Assembly: GCA_964035545.1 (NCBI GenBank)
Contig: OZ037772.1
Location: forward strand, 1,550,001 to 1,614,000
Direction of reading: 5' to 3'
DNA length: 64,000 bases
Source of the DNA: Bugula neritina
Taxonomy: Eukaryota; Animalia; Bryozoa
This document shows positions 1 through 11,828 of this stretch, piece after piece. Made by a program: the position numbers and the translations under genes. Position 1 is the stretch's first letter. The number at the start of each line of letters is the position of its first letter. The notes below the pieces were generated by a model that was not told the DNA's origin, ran no database searches, and worked only from the letters and a program-made list of their open reading frames with translations.

Positions 1-8
1 TAAAATAG

Positions 9-2996
9 AAGATGAAGTGAAGAAGATGGTTGCCAGAGTAAACGCTGTGGCTGACGCTCAGGTATGCTGACAGGGTGATGTCATCTAATGTATTTCTGTT
101 TGTCTGAAATTAGGTTTTGCATTTGGTTTTTGAGTTGTAATCAAAAATGAATTTCATTTGCTACTAGAATCAACTGGCCATTAAAGCATTATCATTCTGT
201 GAACAAGGAGCAGTAGTTATTCATCACATGTTACTCAGTGCAGAGGAACCTGTCAATACAGATGACTCACTCATCCTTCTACAACTGTCAATCACTCACA
301 CAGAGAGGTTGGCTGTCTGAGTGATTGACAGGTGTCAGGAGGAGGAGACTAATCACGTGATGTACTAGCTCTCTGCTGTGTATAGAGTGTCACGTGACTG
401 GGTCATTGTCCACTCAGTGGGTGATCTGTCACTTTCATTTCAAGTGCAGAGGTTGTGAGGTGCAGATGTGGTTACACTGTGTTACTATTTATTAGATAGA
501 AGAGATCAGAAAGAGAGCTACAAACCTGAGACTAGAAATATATGGATATTTGAAGAGCTGCACACAGATAGTGGATAATTATAGAATAGAGCTGGCCTTG
601 AGTAAGACAATGGGCAGACAGTCTCTGCTGGACACAGTACAACATGCAGTTGATAAGTTCAATGATGCAGGGATTGTGAGAGACTACAAAGAGATGAGTG
701 AGAAGGTGGAAAAGGCTACAGATATTGGTGTAATAGAGAAGTGTGTACTTCCAGACAGCATCTTGGTACCAACATGTAGGTGGAGTCTATAAATAGTAAC
801 ACTAACTATAAATAACTTTCTGCTTGTAATCATGCAAGTTGCTTTCACTGAATATTTTAATAGTAGAATAAGTAGATAGAGTTTATTTATCAGAAAATTG
901 AGTTTTGTTTTACTCTCATATTATGAGACATTTCTGCAGTGTTTCAGAGTTTATGATGTATAAGTGAGCTGCTAAACTGTGTTATGCTGACTACCTGCTG
1001 TCAGTATTAACAAGATATTCTCACTTAGACCTGTGCATCACGTAGCAACTTGTAGTAACTACAGACTGCTTGTATTTAAAACATCTTTTTATTTTAAGTT
1101 TGAAAAGCTGTTCCCACCTCCTCAGGTGATGAGATTCTCAAGTTATAGAATTGTTATTTTGTTGTTGCAGACAGTGAAGACAGTCTGGGACTGAAGCTGC
1201 TGCAGCCACCATCTTCTCTACAGTCTGATGGACTTCCTGTACGTGACTGGTGTGAGAGAGTAAACATCTCAGCTGATGGACATCTGATGTGTCGGACACG
1301 AGAAGGTGTAGAAGTAATAAATAGAGACACTCTGGATACTATCAGCTCAGTGAAACACACCAACACTACAGAGAGGCCGGAGATAATCCAACCTGAAGGG
1401 GTGATGGTTGGCAGCTGGCATAACAGAGAGGAGGAAACAGTTGAAGTCTCACTTCTTGATCCGAACTCCTTGGAGAAGACTCGCTCTCTCTACAAGCATT
1501 CAGTAGATGTACCCACTTACTATAGAATAGCTCAGCACAACTCACTGCTCTGTATTGTAGACAGGAGAGAGAAACAGCTGGTAGTCTGTAACCTAGTTGA
1601 CAATAAAATACAGAAGTTCCCACTTCCTGAGATGAAGTACCCTCGACCTGTATGCATCCTCCCAGACTCGACTCTCCTCCTAGGAGACTGGGCTGTAGAT
1701 GGTAAAGTGGGAAGATATAAAGTGGAGAACACAACTCTCTCTCTAATGTGGGAGTTTCCTCACATCTCACATCCATCTGGTATTTCCTTTGATCCAACAT
1801 CTGAACTGATTCACATCTGTACAGTGAGAGGACCTCTCCTCATCCTCTCACTTGAAGGTAAATACTCTGTTTATTATAGTAAGTTTAGTTATTTTATATA
1901 TAATTATGTTGCAGTAAATAATATATTTTAATAATCAACAGTAAACAACTTCCACTCATAAGATATATTATGATACTGTTAGTATTTATCAAGTCACTGA
2001 TGTTATTTTTAGCTAAAAGTTATGTAATAAAGACTGTAACATGCTGATAGTAGATGTTATATTCTTCATCACATGACTTGTAGCTAATAATAATATTAGT
2101 GAATAATACTGCCTCCCTACAATAAGTTTATTTCCAGCTGCAGTAACATGCAGGATGTAAGCACAGGTAAAAGTGTATATTATACTGTATAGGTTTAAGG
2201 TGTACTCTGTGTAGTGTGCAGTGAGCTCATAGTAAACTCTCTATTCAGTCTTCCTTTCCAAGGGTTCACCTGGTAGAGTAGAGGATAGGGACTCCACACT
2301 GCTGAGTGAGTTGGTGCTGCAAGGGGTTTAAACCCACCTATCAGCATGTCTAGTTAGTATACTATGCAAGTGTTTTACAGTAATTTTAGAGGTACTCAGT
2401 CTAACAAATGTACAGACTGCCAGCTACACATGAGTTATAAGTTGTAGTTTGGCTTCAGTCTAGTGCTGCTATTGTTTTGGTCATCAGATAATTTAAATGT
2501 AATAATTTGATACTTTTTGACTGCCATTGCTGAGACTATTGTAATTTGATGATGGCTCGTAGAGCAGTGTTTGCTGGTGGGACTCAGGTGGCTGTGGTTG
2601 GTTCTTGTCAAGTATTTAATATGTGATAATGTTGGAGTAGCTGCAGTAGTAGTAGAAGTAGACATGTGGGTGTGTTCTTGCTCAGAGCCACAGGCTAAGT
2701 TTGTGGGTCAAGGTCAATATAGTTGTATAATGAGAAACTACTTTCTGCTCTGTTAGAATATTTACTTCATGCATGTAACCTGCTTAGTTGCATCTTTAAA
2801 GGCAGTCTGTCTGTTTCTCTCAATACACAATAACTGATACAATATGATGCTATTATTTACAGGTCAACTGGTGCTTACTGTTCCCAGAGAAAGTCTTGGT
2901 GTGAGTAGCTGGGTGAATGACATTGCTGTGTATAACAGAGACACAGTGTTTCTAGCATGTGATGATGGACTGAGAAGATACACAATAAAATACTAA
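9..2996 (+). CDS. 3' part of a coiled-coil + beta-propeller (TRIM/NHL-like) protein gene; exons 9-61, 496-775, 1171-1857, 2863-2996
   Basis: AG/GT-bounded exons join in frame (EDEVKKMVARVNAVADAQ | IEEIRKRATNL...ILVPT | YSEDSLGL...HPSGISFDPTSELIHIC...SLEG | QLVLTVPRE...RRYTIKY*). NHL-like blade motifs (YPRPVCILPD, HPSGISFDP); AATAAA at ~3166. The 5' exons lie outside the window. Confidence 0.7.
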
Positions 2997-4577
2997 ACTT
3001 ATCAGCTACAGTTTACTAATAATCAGCTCAGTGAGGTGCTGAGAGATAAAACGGATAATATTTGTCATCAACATAATTATATTCATTACACAATACACAC
3101 TCTGTATTTATAGTTAGATATGAGATGTTTTACTGTATCAAATATGTGTTGCCAATTTACTATTTAATAAAGTTTATTTGTTAGCGAAAATATAGTCTGT
3201 TTTCATGTCTCATTAGCTTTAGTTCAAGTTGAGTTCGGTTAGTAACAATAATCTATACTGGAGCAGTAACTGTAAATGACTTGTCTGCGGGAGAATTTAT
3301 TCACTGAATTGACATGCAGGTGCAAGTAACTCCAACATGACTATGCAAATTTATATAAACCATTCATAATAATATACATTCCATTGCTGTGTACAACAGC
3401 AATGAGTAGCCAATCAAATTGTTTCTTGCCATGCAATCAGGAATCTGATAAATAATATATAAGGCAATCAACTAAAGATATAAGCACTGTTTTACTCTAC
3501 ACATGAGCTGTCTGTGATGCAGCTGCTTTGTGAAATGTGTGTAATTTGATGAGTTTAGTTCAATTGGTTGCAGTTTAATTATGACATGTTCACCATTGTG
3601 TAATATTAGAGGACAACTCCTATCCAGTGTGCAGTGGTAGTATACTATTAGTCAAAGGAAGTGCTCAGTATAATATAAATAGCTGACCTCTCCTACACCA
3701 ACACTCCTGAACACCAGGTAGATGACAAGAACTCTTGAACACCACTCAGGTTAAGGGACTCCACCCACCCCTGAACACCATCCAAAGCAGACGTGTTCTG
3801 GATCACAGTCTTAACTCCTCACAGACTAAGACAGGAGCTGGAGTCATCCTCACAGCCAAGCAACCAATGCCAATATACCAACCCTAGCTAACCTGAATAC
3901 TACAACTTATATATTATAGTATTCGGATTAACTCCAAAGTAGCATATTTCTGTTAAAATAACATTAATAATAAACAGATAAATTATATATTTACTGATTC
4001 AATCACTATTTGAGTTTTCAAATTTAAATTCAATAAGAGACATCAGCAAGTAATAATCATATGTTATGTAATAATACATGCAACAAAAAGGCATCATTAT
4101 AAAACTTAACAAAGTGTATTAGCAGTTATCTATACTGAGATTATAATGTAATACTAATGTTGTAAAAGTATTAAACTATCAATTGATCAACCCCCTCTCA
4201 TGTTATTATTTAACCTTTGACCTACAATCAATGATTTCTTGTTGCTATACTGTCTTTTTTTTAGTTGGCTCATAGAAACAGTTCCAATCTAACAATGTAG
4301 TGTTGATACAAATCAGAGTATATAAGCTCAACAATAAAACATAAGAAATAATTATCCTCAATATCCTAAGGAATATTCCAGAGAACACTGCAGGCTGAGC
4401 TAAGATACTTTACAACTACATGCAGTTGACATACCTTCGTGAATTGTGGACCATTTTGGTGCTTCTGTGTGCACAGACAAGTTGCAATCACTTCAACAGA
4501 AATTTTTTTAGTAGGTTTCAGTTCATCTTGAATATAGTACAGCTTGTTGTCTTTTGGTGGAATATTATTAATGATAC

Positions 4578-4772
4578 ACTACCTTGTTTGGCCTCAATAG
4601 TATTGATGGTAGACTACCTTGTTTGGCCTCAATAGTGTTGATGGTACACTACCTTGTTTGGCTTCAACAGTATTGATGGTACATTACCTAGTTTGACCTC
4701 AACAGTATTGATGGTGGACTACCTTGTTTGGCCTCAACAGTATTAATGGTACACTACCTTGTTTGGCCTCAT
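4578..4772. repeat. 35-bp minisatellite (~5.5 copies, actaccttgtttggcctcaayagtattgatggtac)
   Basis: Direct tandem units starting ~4578, 4613, 4648, 4683, 4718, 4753. Confidence 0.85.
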
Positions 4773-5339
4773 TAGCCTTGCTGATATAAAATTAAGAGCA
4801 CAACTTGCAAGATTTAACTAATTTAACTTGGTTCATATTATGATGTTAATATGTTGACATTCATAACCTCTGATATATTTCTATGTTTATAACCTATCAA
4901 TATGCTCTGATCTACAGTCTTTATTGCCATTCAAGGTGTTGCTCACTGCTGGTCAACCCCATTAACCCCCAACTTACTGTCTACATAGAAAAATGTCTAC
5001 TCTCCCTCCATGGTACATAGCTCATACAATGTGTATAATTATTTGCTTTTGATCAAGATTTGTAGTTTCTGAGGCTTTTATTAAGCTGATGCAGGAGAAA
5101 ATTGCTAAGAATTTACTGCAGTGAATCTTTTTATATACATTACTTAAGAAATGCATATCTGTGGAATATTTGATCTACTCTGTATCATGTAAACTAACTT
5201 ACACACAAGTTATATACAGCTACTACTTGATAAGAAAGAAATAGACTTACACTAACAGAGTTATTGACATGAAAAAGTAAATAATATTTAAATTGTGATG
5301 ACTAAGTAAGTGGATGAGTCATAAACCAGTCAAAAAATA

Positions 5340-6322
5340 ATTTCTACAAACAAACTTTATTGAGTAAATGTGACTACAGAGTCTTGACAACATAGCAGAG
5401 TAAATATGTTACATAATCATGACTAATCAACATCAAATACTGCATATAAGCAGTGCAAGTCCTGTGGAATATATAATATTATACTGTGAGTAGAACACAA
5501 TATATTATATTTGACATGTACTATTGATGACCTCACTGAGCTGATTATTAGTAAACTGTAGCTGATAAGTTTAGTATTTTATTGTGTATCTCCTCAGACC
5601 ATCTTCACATGCTAGAAACACTGTGTCTCTGTTATACACAGCAATGTCCCCCACCAAGTCACTAACACCAAGACTTTCTCTGGGAATCGTTACCATCAGT
5701 TCATCTTTAAAAAATATAATGTCAGATTGAATCAGTTTGAGACAAACAGACAGACTACAGTGATATCACAACAGCTGACACAACTACATGCAAGTTTTTA
5801 GTTTCCAGTATAATATAGTAACTGAAATATATTCGATAATTTTACAATAAATTTCAAATATATTTCTCACTCAGAAAGACTTCCTTTAAAGATGCAACTA
5901 AGCAGATTATGTTGAAGATAATAAAGTTCTACCAGTAAGTATTGAATAATTCAATGAGCTGCTCTACTGTTTACTTCATAATAAATGACAACATGGAGAG
6001 ACTCAACATAGAAATTTACCCCCTCAGCAAATACGATTATACAGGAGAGAAGATATATAATATAAGTATTACATACATGAAGTAAATATTCTAACAGAAA
6101 ATAGTGTATCATTATACAACTGTATTGACCTTGACCCACAAACTTAGCCTGTGGCTCTTATATAGAACACACCCACATGTCTACTTCTAATAATACTGCA
6201 ACTGCACCTACTCCAACATTATCACATATTAAATACTTAACAAGAACCAACCACAGTCACCTGAGTTCAACCAGCAAACACTGCTCTACCAGCCACCATC
6301 AAATTACACTAGTCTCAGCAAT
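5340..6322 (-). pseudogene. Inverted paralogous copy of the last intron and last exon (5704-5571) of the propeller gene
   Basis: Reverse complement of ~2525-3190; the exon reads DELMVTIPRESLGVSDLVGDIAVYNRDTVFLACEDGLRRYTIKY*; the upstream propeller exons are absent and replaced by satellites. Confidence 0.8.
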
Positions 6323-6324
6323 AA

Positions 6325-6963
6325 TTACATAACATAAGTTATATTACATGATATAAGATATATTACATAATATAAGATATATCACATAATATAAGATATA
6401 TTACATGATATAAGATATATTACATAATATAAGATATATTACATAATATAAGATATATTACATGATATAAGATATATTACATAATATAAGATAAATTACA
6501 TAATATAATATATATTACATAATATAAGATATATTACATAATATAAGATATATTACATAATATAATATATATTACGTAATATAAGATATATCACATAATA
6601 TAAGATATATTACATGATATAAGATATATCACATAATATAAGATATATTACATGATATAAGATATATTACATGATATAAGATATATTACATGATATAAGA
6701 TATATTACATAATATAAGATATATTACATAATATAAGATATATTACATGATATAAGATATATTACATAATATAAGATATATTACATGATATAAGATATAT
6801 TACATAATATAAGATATATTACATGATATAATATATATTACATAATATAAGATATATTACATAATATAAGATATATTACATGATATAAGATATATTACAT
6901 AACATAAGTTATATTACATGATATAAGATATATCACATAATATAAGATATATTACATAATATT
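6325..6963. repeat. 19-bp tandem satellite (attacataatataagatat)
   Basis: Directly visible tandem array. Confidence 0.95.
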
Positions 6964-7572
6964 ACTCAATATATACTCAATATATACTCAATATATACTC
7001 AATATATACTCAATACATACTCAATATATACTCAATATATACTCAATACATACTCAATATATACTCAATATATACTCAATACATACTCAATATATACTCA
7101 ATATATACTCAATACATAATAAATATATACTCAATACATATTCAATACATACTCAATACATACTCAATATATACTGAATATATACTCAATATATACTCAA
7201 TACATACTCAATATATACTCAATACATATTCAATACATACTCAATACATACTCAATACATACTCAATATATACTCATTATATACTCAATATATACTCAAT
7301 ACATACTCAATATATACTCAATACATACTCAATATATACTCAATATATACTCAATACATACTCAATATATACTCAATATATACTCAATACATACTCAATA
7401 TATACTCAATATATACTCAATACATACTCAATACATACCCAATACATACTCAATATACATATTCAATACATACTCAATATATACTCAATACATACTCAAT
7501 ATATACTCAATACATACTCAATATATACTCAATACATACTCAATATATACTCAATACATACTCAACATATAC
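6964..7572. repeat. 11-bp tandem satellite (atactcaatay)
   Basis: Directly visible tandem array. Confidence 0.95.
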
Positions 7573-7745
7573 TTGAGCTGTCAGATGAAAGAGAATTACC
7601 CTGGCTAAGACTGATGACATTTGTATGTACGTTAAACATCATTGCTGCCTTTGACAGCGCTTCATGATAGGATCTGCCAGTCACCCAGTAGTTGTTGTCA
7701 CTAGACTATGTAAAATATATAGAGGTTAAAAGGTCACTAGACTAT

Positions 7746-8523
7746 CACCGGCTTTCCATGTACCGATCTCAGATCGATCTCAGCGAGATCGATCTGAGCA
7801 TACCTCTCAGATCGATCGTTTTTCCATGAGAAGTGTCAGATCGATCTCACGGAGTTGCCTCCTCTTAAGTGAAGAGTACTTTAATAGTATAATTTGTTCA
7901 CAAATCTGGATGATTAAAGCTGCTGAGGTTAAAAAACAAGATTGTTGATGTCTAAAAATTAATGGTGCTTGTAAACAATACGCAACAAAGCTTTTAGTGT
8001 AAAGTAATATAGCCAATTTAAGATAATCCTTTTTAATTTTTTAGCTCAACAGCTTAATTAAAATAAATAGCTATCTTGCAGATTATTCATAAACTTACAG
8101 GATTGTTAAGCTTGAAATTACGCAGCAAATAACTAATGAAAGTAAGTTTTACTAGTCATTTAAATTCAATTTAAATGCTCCAATTTTTTGTAATTTCTAT
8201 GGACTATAATTTTATATAATTGAGTTTTTTTAATCATAGTACTGAAAGTCAAAGTTTTGGCATCTGAAAATGTGGCTATCGTAACTATTAAGTAATTTGC
8301 TTAGTAATTATCAATAAGTTGTCATTTTTATCAGCAGACAACATTTTAGCGAACAGTCTTTTTCTACTTCTCAGATCGATCTGGAGTCTTTCCATGGATC
8401 GATCTCACTGAGATCGATCTGAGTTCGAGCTCTACAGACCGACCAGCTCAGAACGACTGAGATCGATCTTTGACATCTTTCCATGGATCGATCTCGCTGA
8501 GATCGGTACATGGAAAGCCGGTG
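7746..8523. mobile_element. MITE with TIRs CACCGGCTTTCCATGTACCGATCTCAG, GATC-rich subterminal repeats, 3-bp TAT TSD (copy 1)
   Basis: TIRs at 7746 and 8523; flanks actat|...|tatgtaa versus the empty host repeat unit actatgtaa. Confidence 0.85.
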
Positions 8524-8562
8524 TATGTAAAATATATAGAGGTCAAGAGGTCACTGGACTAT

Positions 8563-8990
8563 CACGGGCTTTCCATGTATCGATTTCAGATCGATCTAAG
8601 AAATGTGTTCAGAGTGTCATATAGATCTCACGGAGTTACCTCCTCTTATGTGAAAGATACTTTAATAGTATAATTTGCTCACCAATCTGACTGATTAAAG
8701 CTACTGCTGTCAAAAACAAGATTGTTGCCGTCTAAATTTAATGCCAGCTATAAACTATACTATAATTTTATATAATCCAGTTTTCTTAATCATCGTACTG
8801 AAAGTCAAAGTTTGGCATCTGAAAATATGACTATCATAATTAATAAGTAATTTGCTGAGTAATTATCAATAACTTATCATTTTTATTAGCAGACAACATT
8901 TTAGCGAACATTTATTTTTCTACTTCTCAGATCGATCTTTCGTCTTTCCATGGTCTTATTGCCTTGAGATCGATCCATGGAAAGCCGGTG
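8563..8990. mobile_element. Same MITE family, internally deleted copy 2
   Basis: cacgggctttccatg...catggaaagccggtg, tat flanks, internal identity to 7746-8523. Confidence 0.85.
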
Positions 8991-9115
8991 TATGTACAAG
9001 ATGTAGAGGTAAAGAGGTCACCAGACTATGTACAAAATATAAAGGTCAAGAGACTATGTAAAACATACAGATGTCAAGAGGTCACTGAGCTATGGTGGAC
9101 AATGTACAATATAAT

Positions 9116-9210
9116 CACAGGCTTTCCATGGACGACTGAGATTCTTTGATGTCTTTTCATGGAGCGATCTCACCAATATAGATTTGAGATCGATCCATGG
9201 AAAGCCAGTG
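9116..9210. mobile_element. Same MITE family, minimal copy 3 (95 bp)
   Basis: cacaggctttccatgg...ccatggaaagccagtg. Confidence 0.75.
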
Positions 9211-9571
9211 AAAGGGTCACCCCCACTCCGGAAAGAGCCACACCCACTCTAGAAAGGCCACACCCACTCCGGAAAGGGCAGATTAAAGGGAATTCATAGT
9301 TTATCAACATAAACATAGTCTGTGGTGAATATTAGGTCTGTGCTAAACCCGCTTGCTTTCTGTAAATAACACAAGACAGGATAGAGAATGAGTCATACCT
9401 CAGCCTTAGGTTGCCCCTGGATCTGCACAAAGTAGGCTGGTATTCTGTGCCCCCACCATAGCTGTCTGGAGATACACCAGTCCCTGGAGTTCCTCAGCCA
9501 TTTGTACCAAGTGACTGTGTGATAGTCTGGTATGATCTTTAGCTTGCCTGATTCTACTACCTGCATTATAC

Positions 9572-9895
9572 ATACTATGCTATAGATATACTATGCTATA
9601 TATACTATGCTATAGATATACTATACTATAGATATACTATGCTATAGATATACTATGCTATAGATATACTATGCTATAGATATACTATGCTATATATATA
9701 CTATGCTATAGATATACTATGCTATAGATATACTATGCTATAGATATACTATGCTATAGATATACTATACTATAGATATACTATGCAATAGATATACTAT
9801 ACAGTACTAATATACATACTATACAGTACTAATATATACACTATACACAGTACTAATATACATACTATACAATACTAATATATTATATACTATAC
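9572..9895. repeat. 16-bp intronic minisatellite (ctatgctatagatata) with degenerate end
   Basis: Visible tandem array. Confidence 0.9.
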
Positions 9896-10160
9896 ATAAT
9901 ATATAATACAAGTACCTCTACAGCCTTGGCTGCCATATCGTCACACGCCACATATCACTGTGGTTTGGGCATCGGCTCAATGATATCTTTAGATCGACTA
10001 TAACACAAGAGACTACGGTGTGGAGGTCATTGTTAACAGACAGACTCACATAGTAACAGTTCAACTCAACAGCATTGTAAAATATAATGGATATGTTAAT
10101 GGAGCTATTCTTTAGGAGAACAAGAGAGGACAACTTCTATTACACTGAGATCTGTAACTA

Positions 10161-10342
10161 TGAGTCATTTTACTTAATTTAGCACACAGAGCCATATACC
10201 TCTAGCTTTTAGCTATTGTTCACAGTTGAGCTGCTAATTCAACATTTTAATGTAAGAAACTATACACATTAGAAGCTAAACTGTGAAAAATAGCTAAGAA
10301 CCAGAGATATATGGTGTGTACTAAACTAAGTAAAATGACTCA
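10161..10342. mobile_element. Palindromic hairpin/MITE-like element
   Basis: tgagtcattttacttaatttagcacac... pairs with ...gtgtactaaactaagtaaaatgactca; imperfect arms of ~80 bp. Confidence 0.6.
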
Positions 10343-10592
10343 CAAGTAAACATGACTAGAAAAAGTTCAGGATCTAACTAGACGTGTATGAAGAGGATGT
10401 AATGGAACTTGTAGAAATCTAACAAGTTGGTATAAAATTGTAGAGAGAAGACGACTCACCTGCATACAGGAACTACCATAGGGTTGTCTTCCTTTCCTTT
10501 GTATAGCCCCAAGTCTTCCAACCTTCTCTGAACAGCTTTACAGGCATCAAACCTGCACATGAAACTTACATGGAGTATAAATTGCTAATGGA

Positions 10593-10733
10593 CTCACACC
10601 TGTCACCTGCTCACACCTGTCACCTGCTCACACCTGTCACCTGTACACACCTGTCACCTGCTCACACATGTCACATGCTTACACATGTCACCTGCTCACA
10701 CCTGTCACCTGCTCACACCTGTCACCTGTACAC
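10593..10733. repeat. 17-bp minisatellite (ctcacacctgtcacctg)
   Basis: Visible tandem array. Confidence 0.9.
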
Positions 10734-11021
10734 AAATGGTATTAAACCACTAAAACCTATGTAGATCAATATTTTCTTGCTATTAAGTTGACTAATTGTG
10801 AAACAGCCAAAATAGGAAAATAAGACCTTGTAGTGCAGTGAGCAAGGCAAGTTCAAGCCATACAACTTTCACATGTTGCATTACAGAAGAAAGACCTGCT
10901 TCATTTTGGTAAATAACTATAAGTAATATTGGGAGTTACGCCACTTATGAGTAACAACATGGAGTTGTGTTTCTTTTCATAAACGCAAAAAGGTAAGAAT
11001 TACTTGTTTCTTCGAGGTAGC

Positions 11022-11136
11022 ACAACTCCTAATTGTGCGACATTTTTCTAAGTTGAAATGGTTTTTTATTGCATTATATATAATGCAAGGAAAAACCATA
11101 TCAACTTAGAAATATGTCACACAATTAGGAGTTATG
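11022..11136. repeat. ~115-bp near-perfect palindrome centred on tgcattatatataatgca
   Basis: aactcctaattgtg...ttctaagttga...tcaacttagaa...cacaattaggagtt. Confidence 0.75.
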
Positions 11137-11347
11137 CCGCCTCTTTGTCAAAAACACGGAATACTAGATTCACACACCAAACAGTACTCGTTGCTATACG
11201 AATAGACTCCAATTTAGTTCTCCCTCCGTATCTCAGTAAGCTGAGGGACCTGACACCTCAATTCATGACATAGTAGAATTCTTACCATAGCAGAATACCA
11301 TATTTAACACATGGATATGTTAAACTATTTTGTCCCTACACACAAAA

Positions 11348-11828
11348 GGCTATGAAAACACAGGACAACGGGCTATGAATATATAGGACAACAGGCTATG
11401 AATATACAGGACAACAGGCTATGAATATACAGGACAACAGGCTATGAATATACAGGACAACAGGCTATGAATATACAGGACAACAGGCTATGAATATACA
11501 GGAAACAGGCTATGAATATACAGGATAACAGGCTATGAATATACAGGACAACAGGCTATGAATATACAGGACAACAGGCTATGAATATACAGGACAACAG
11601 GCTATGAATATACAGGACAACAGGCTATGAATATACAGGACTACAGGCTATGAATATACAGGACAACAGGCTATGAATATACAGGACAACAGGCTATGAA
11701 TATACAGGATAACAGGCTATGAATATACAGGACAACAGGCTATGAATATACGGGACAACAGGCTATGAATATACAGGACAACAGGCTATGAATATACAGG
11801 ACAACAGGCTATGAATATACAGGAAACA
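11348..11828. repeat. 23-bp minisatellite (ggctatgaatatacaggacaaca)
   Basis: ~20 tandem copies directly after a VARS donor site. Confidence 0.95.
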
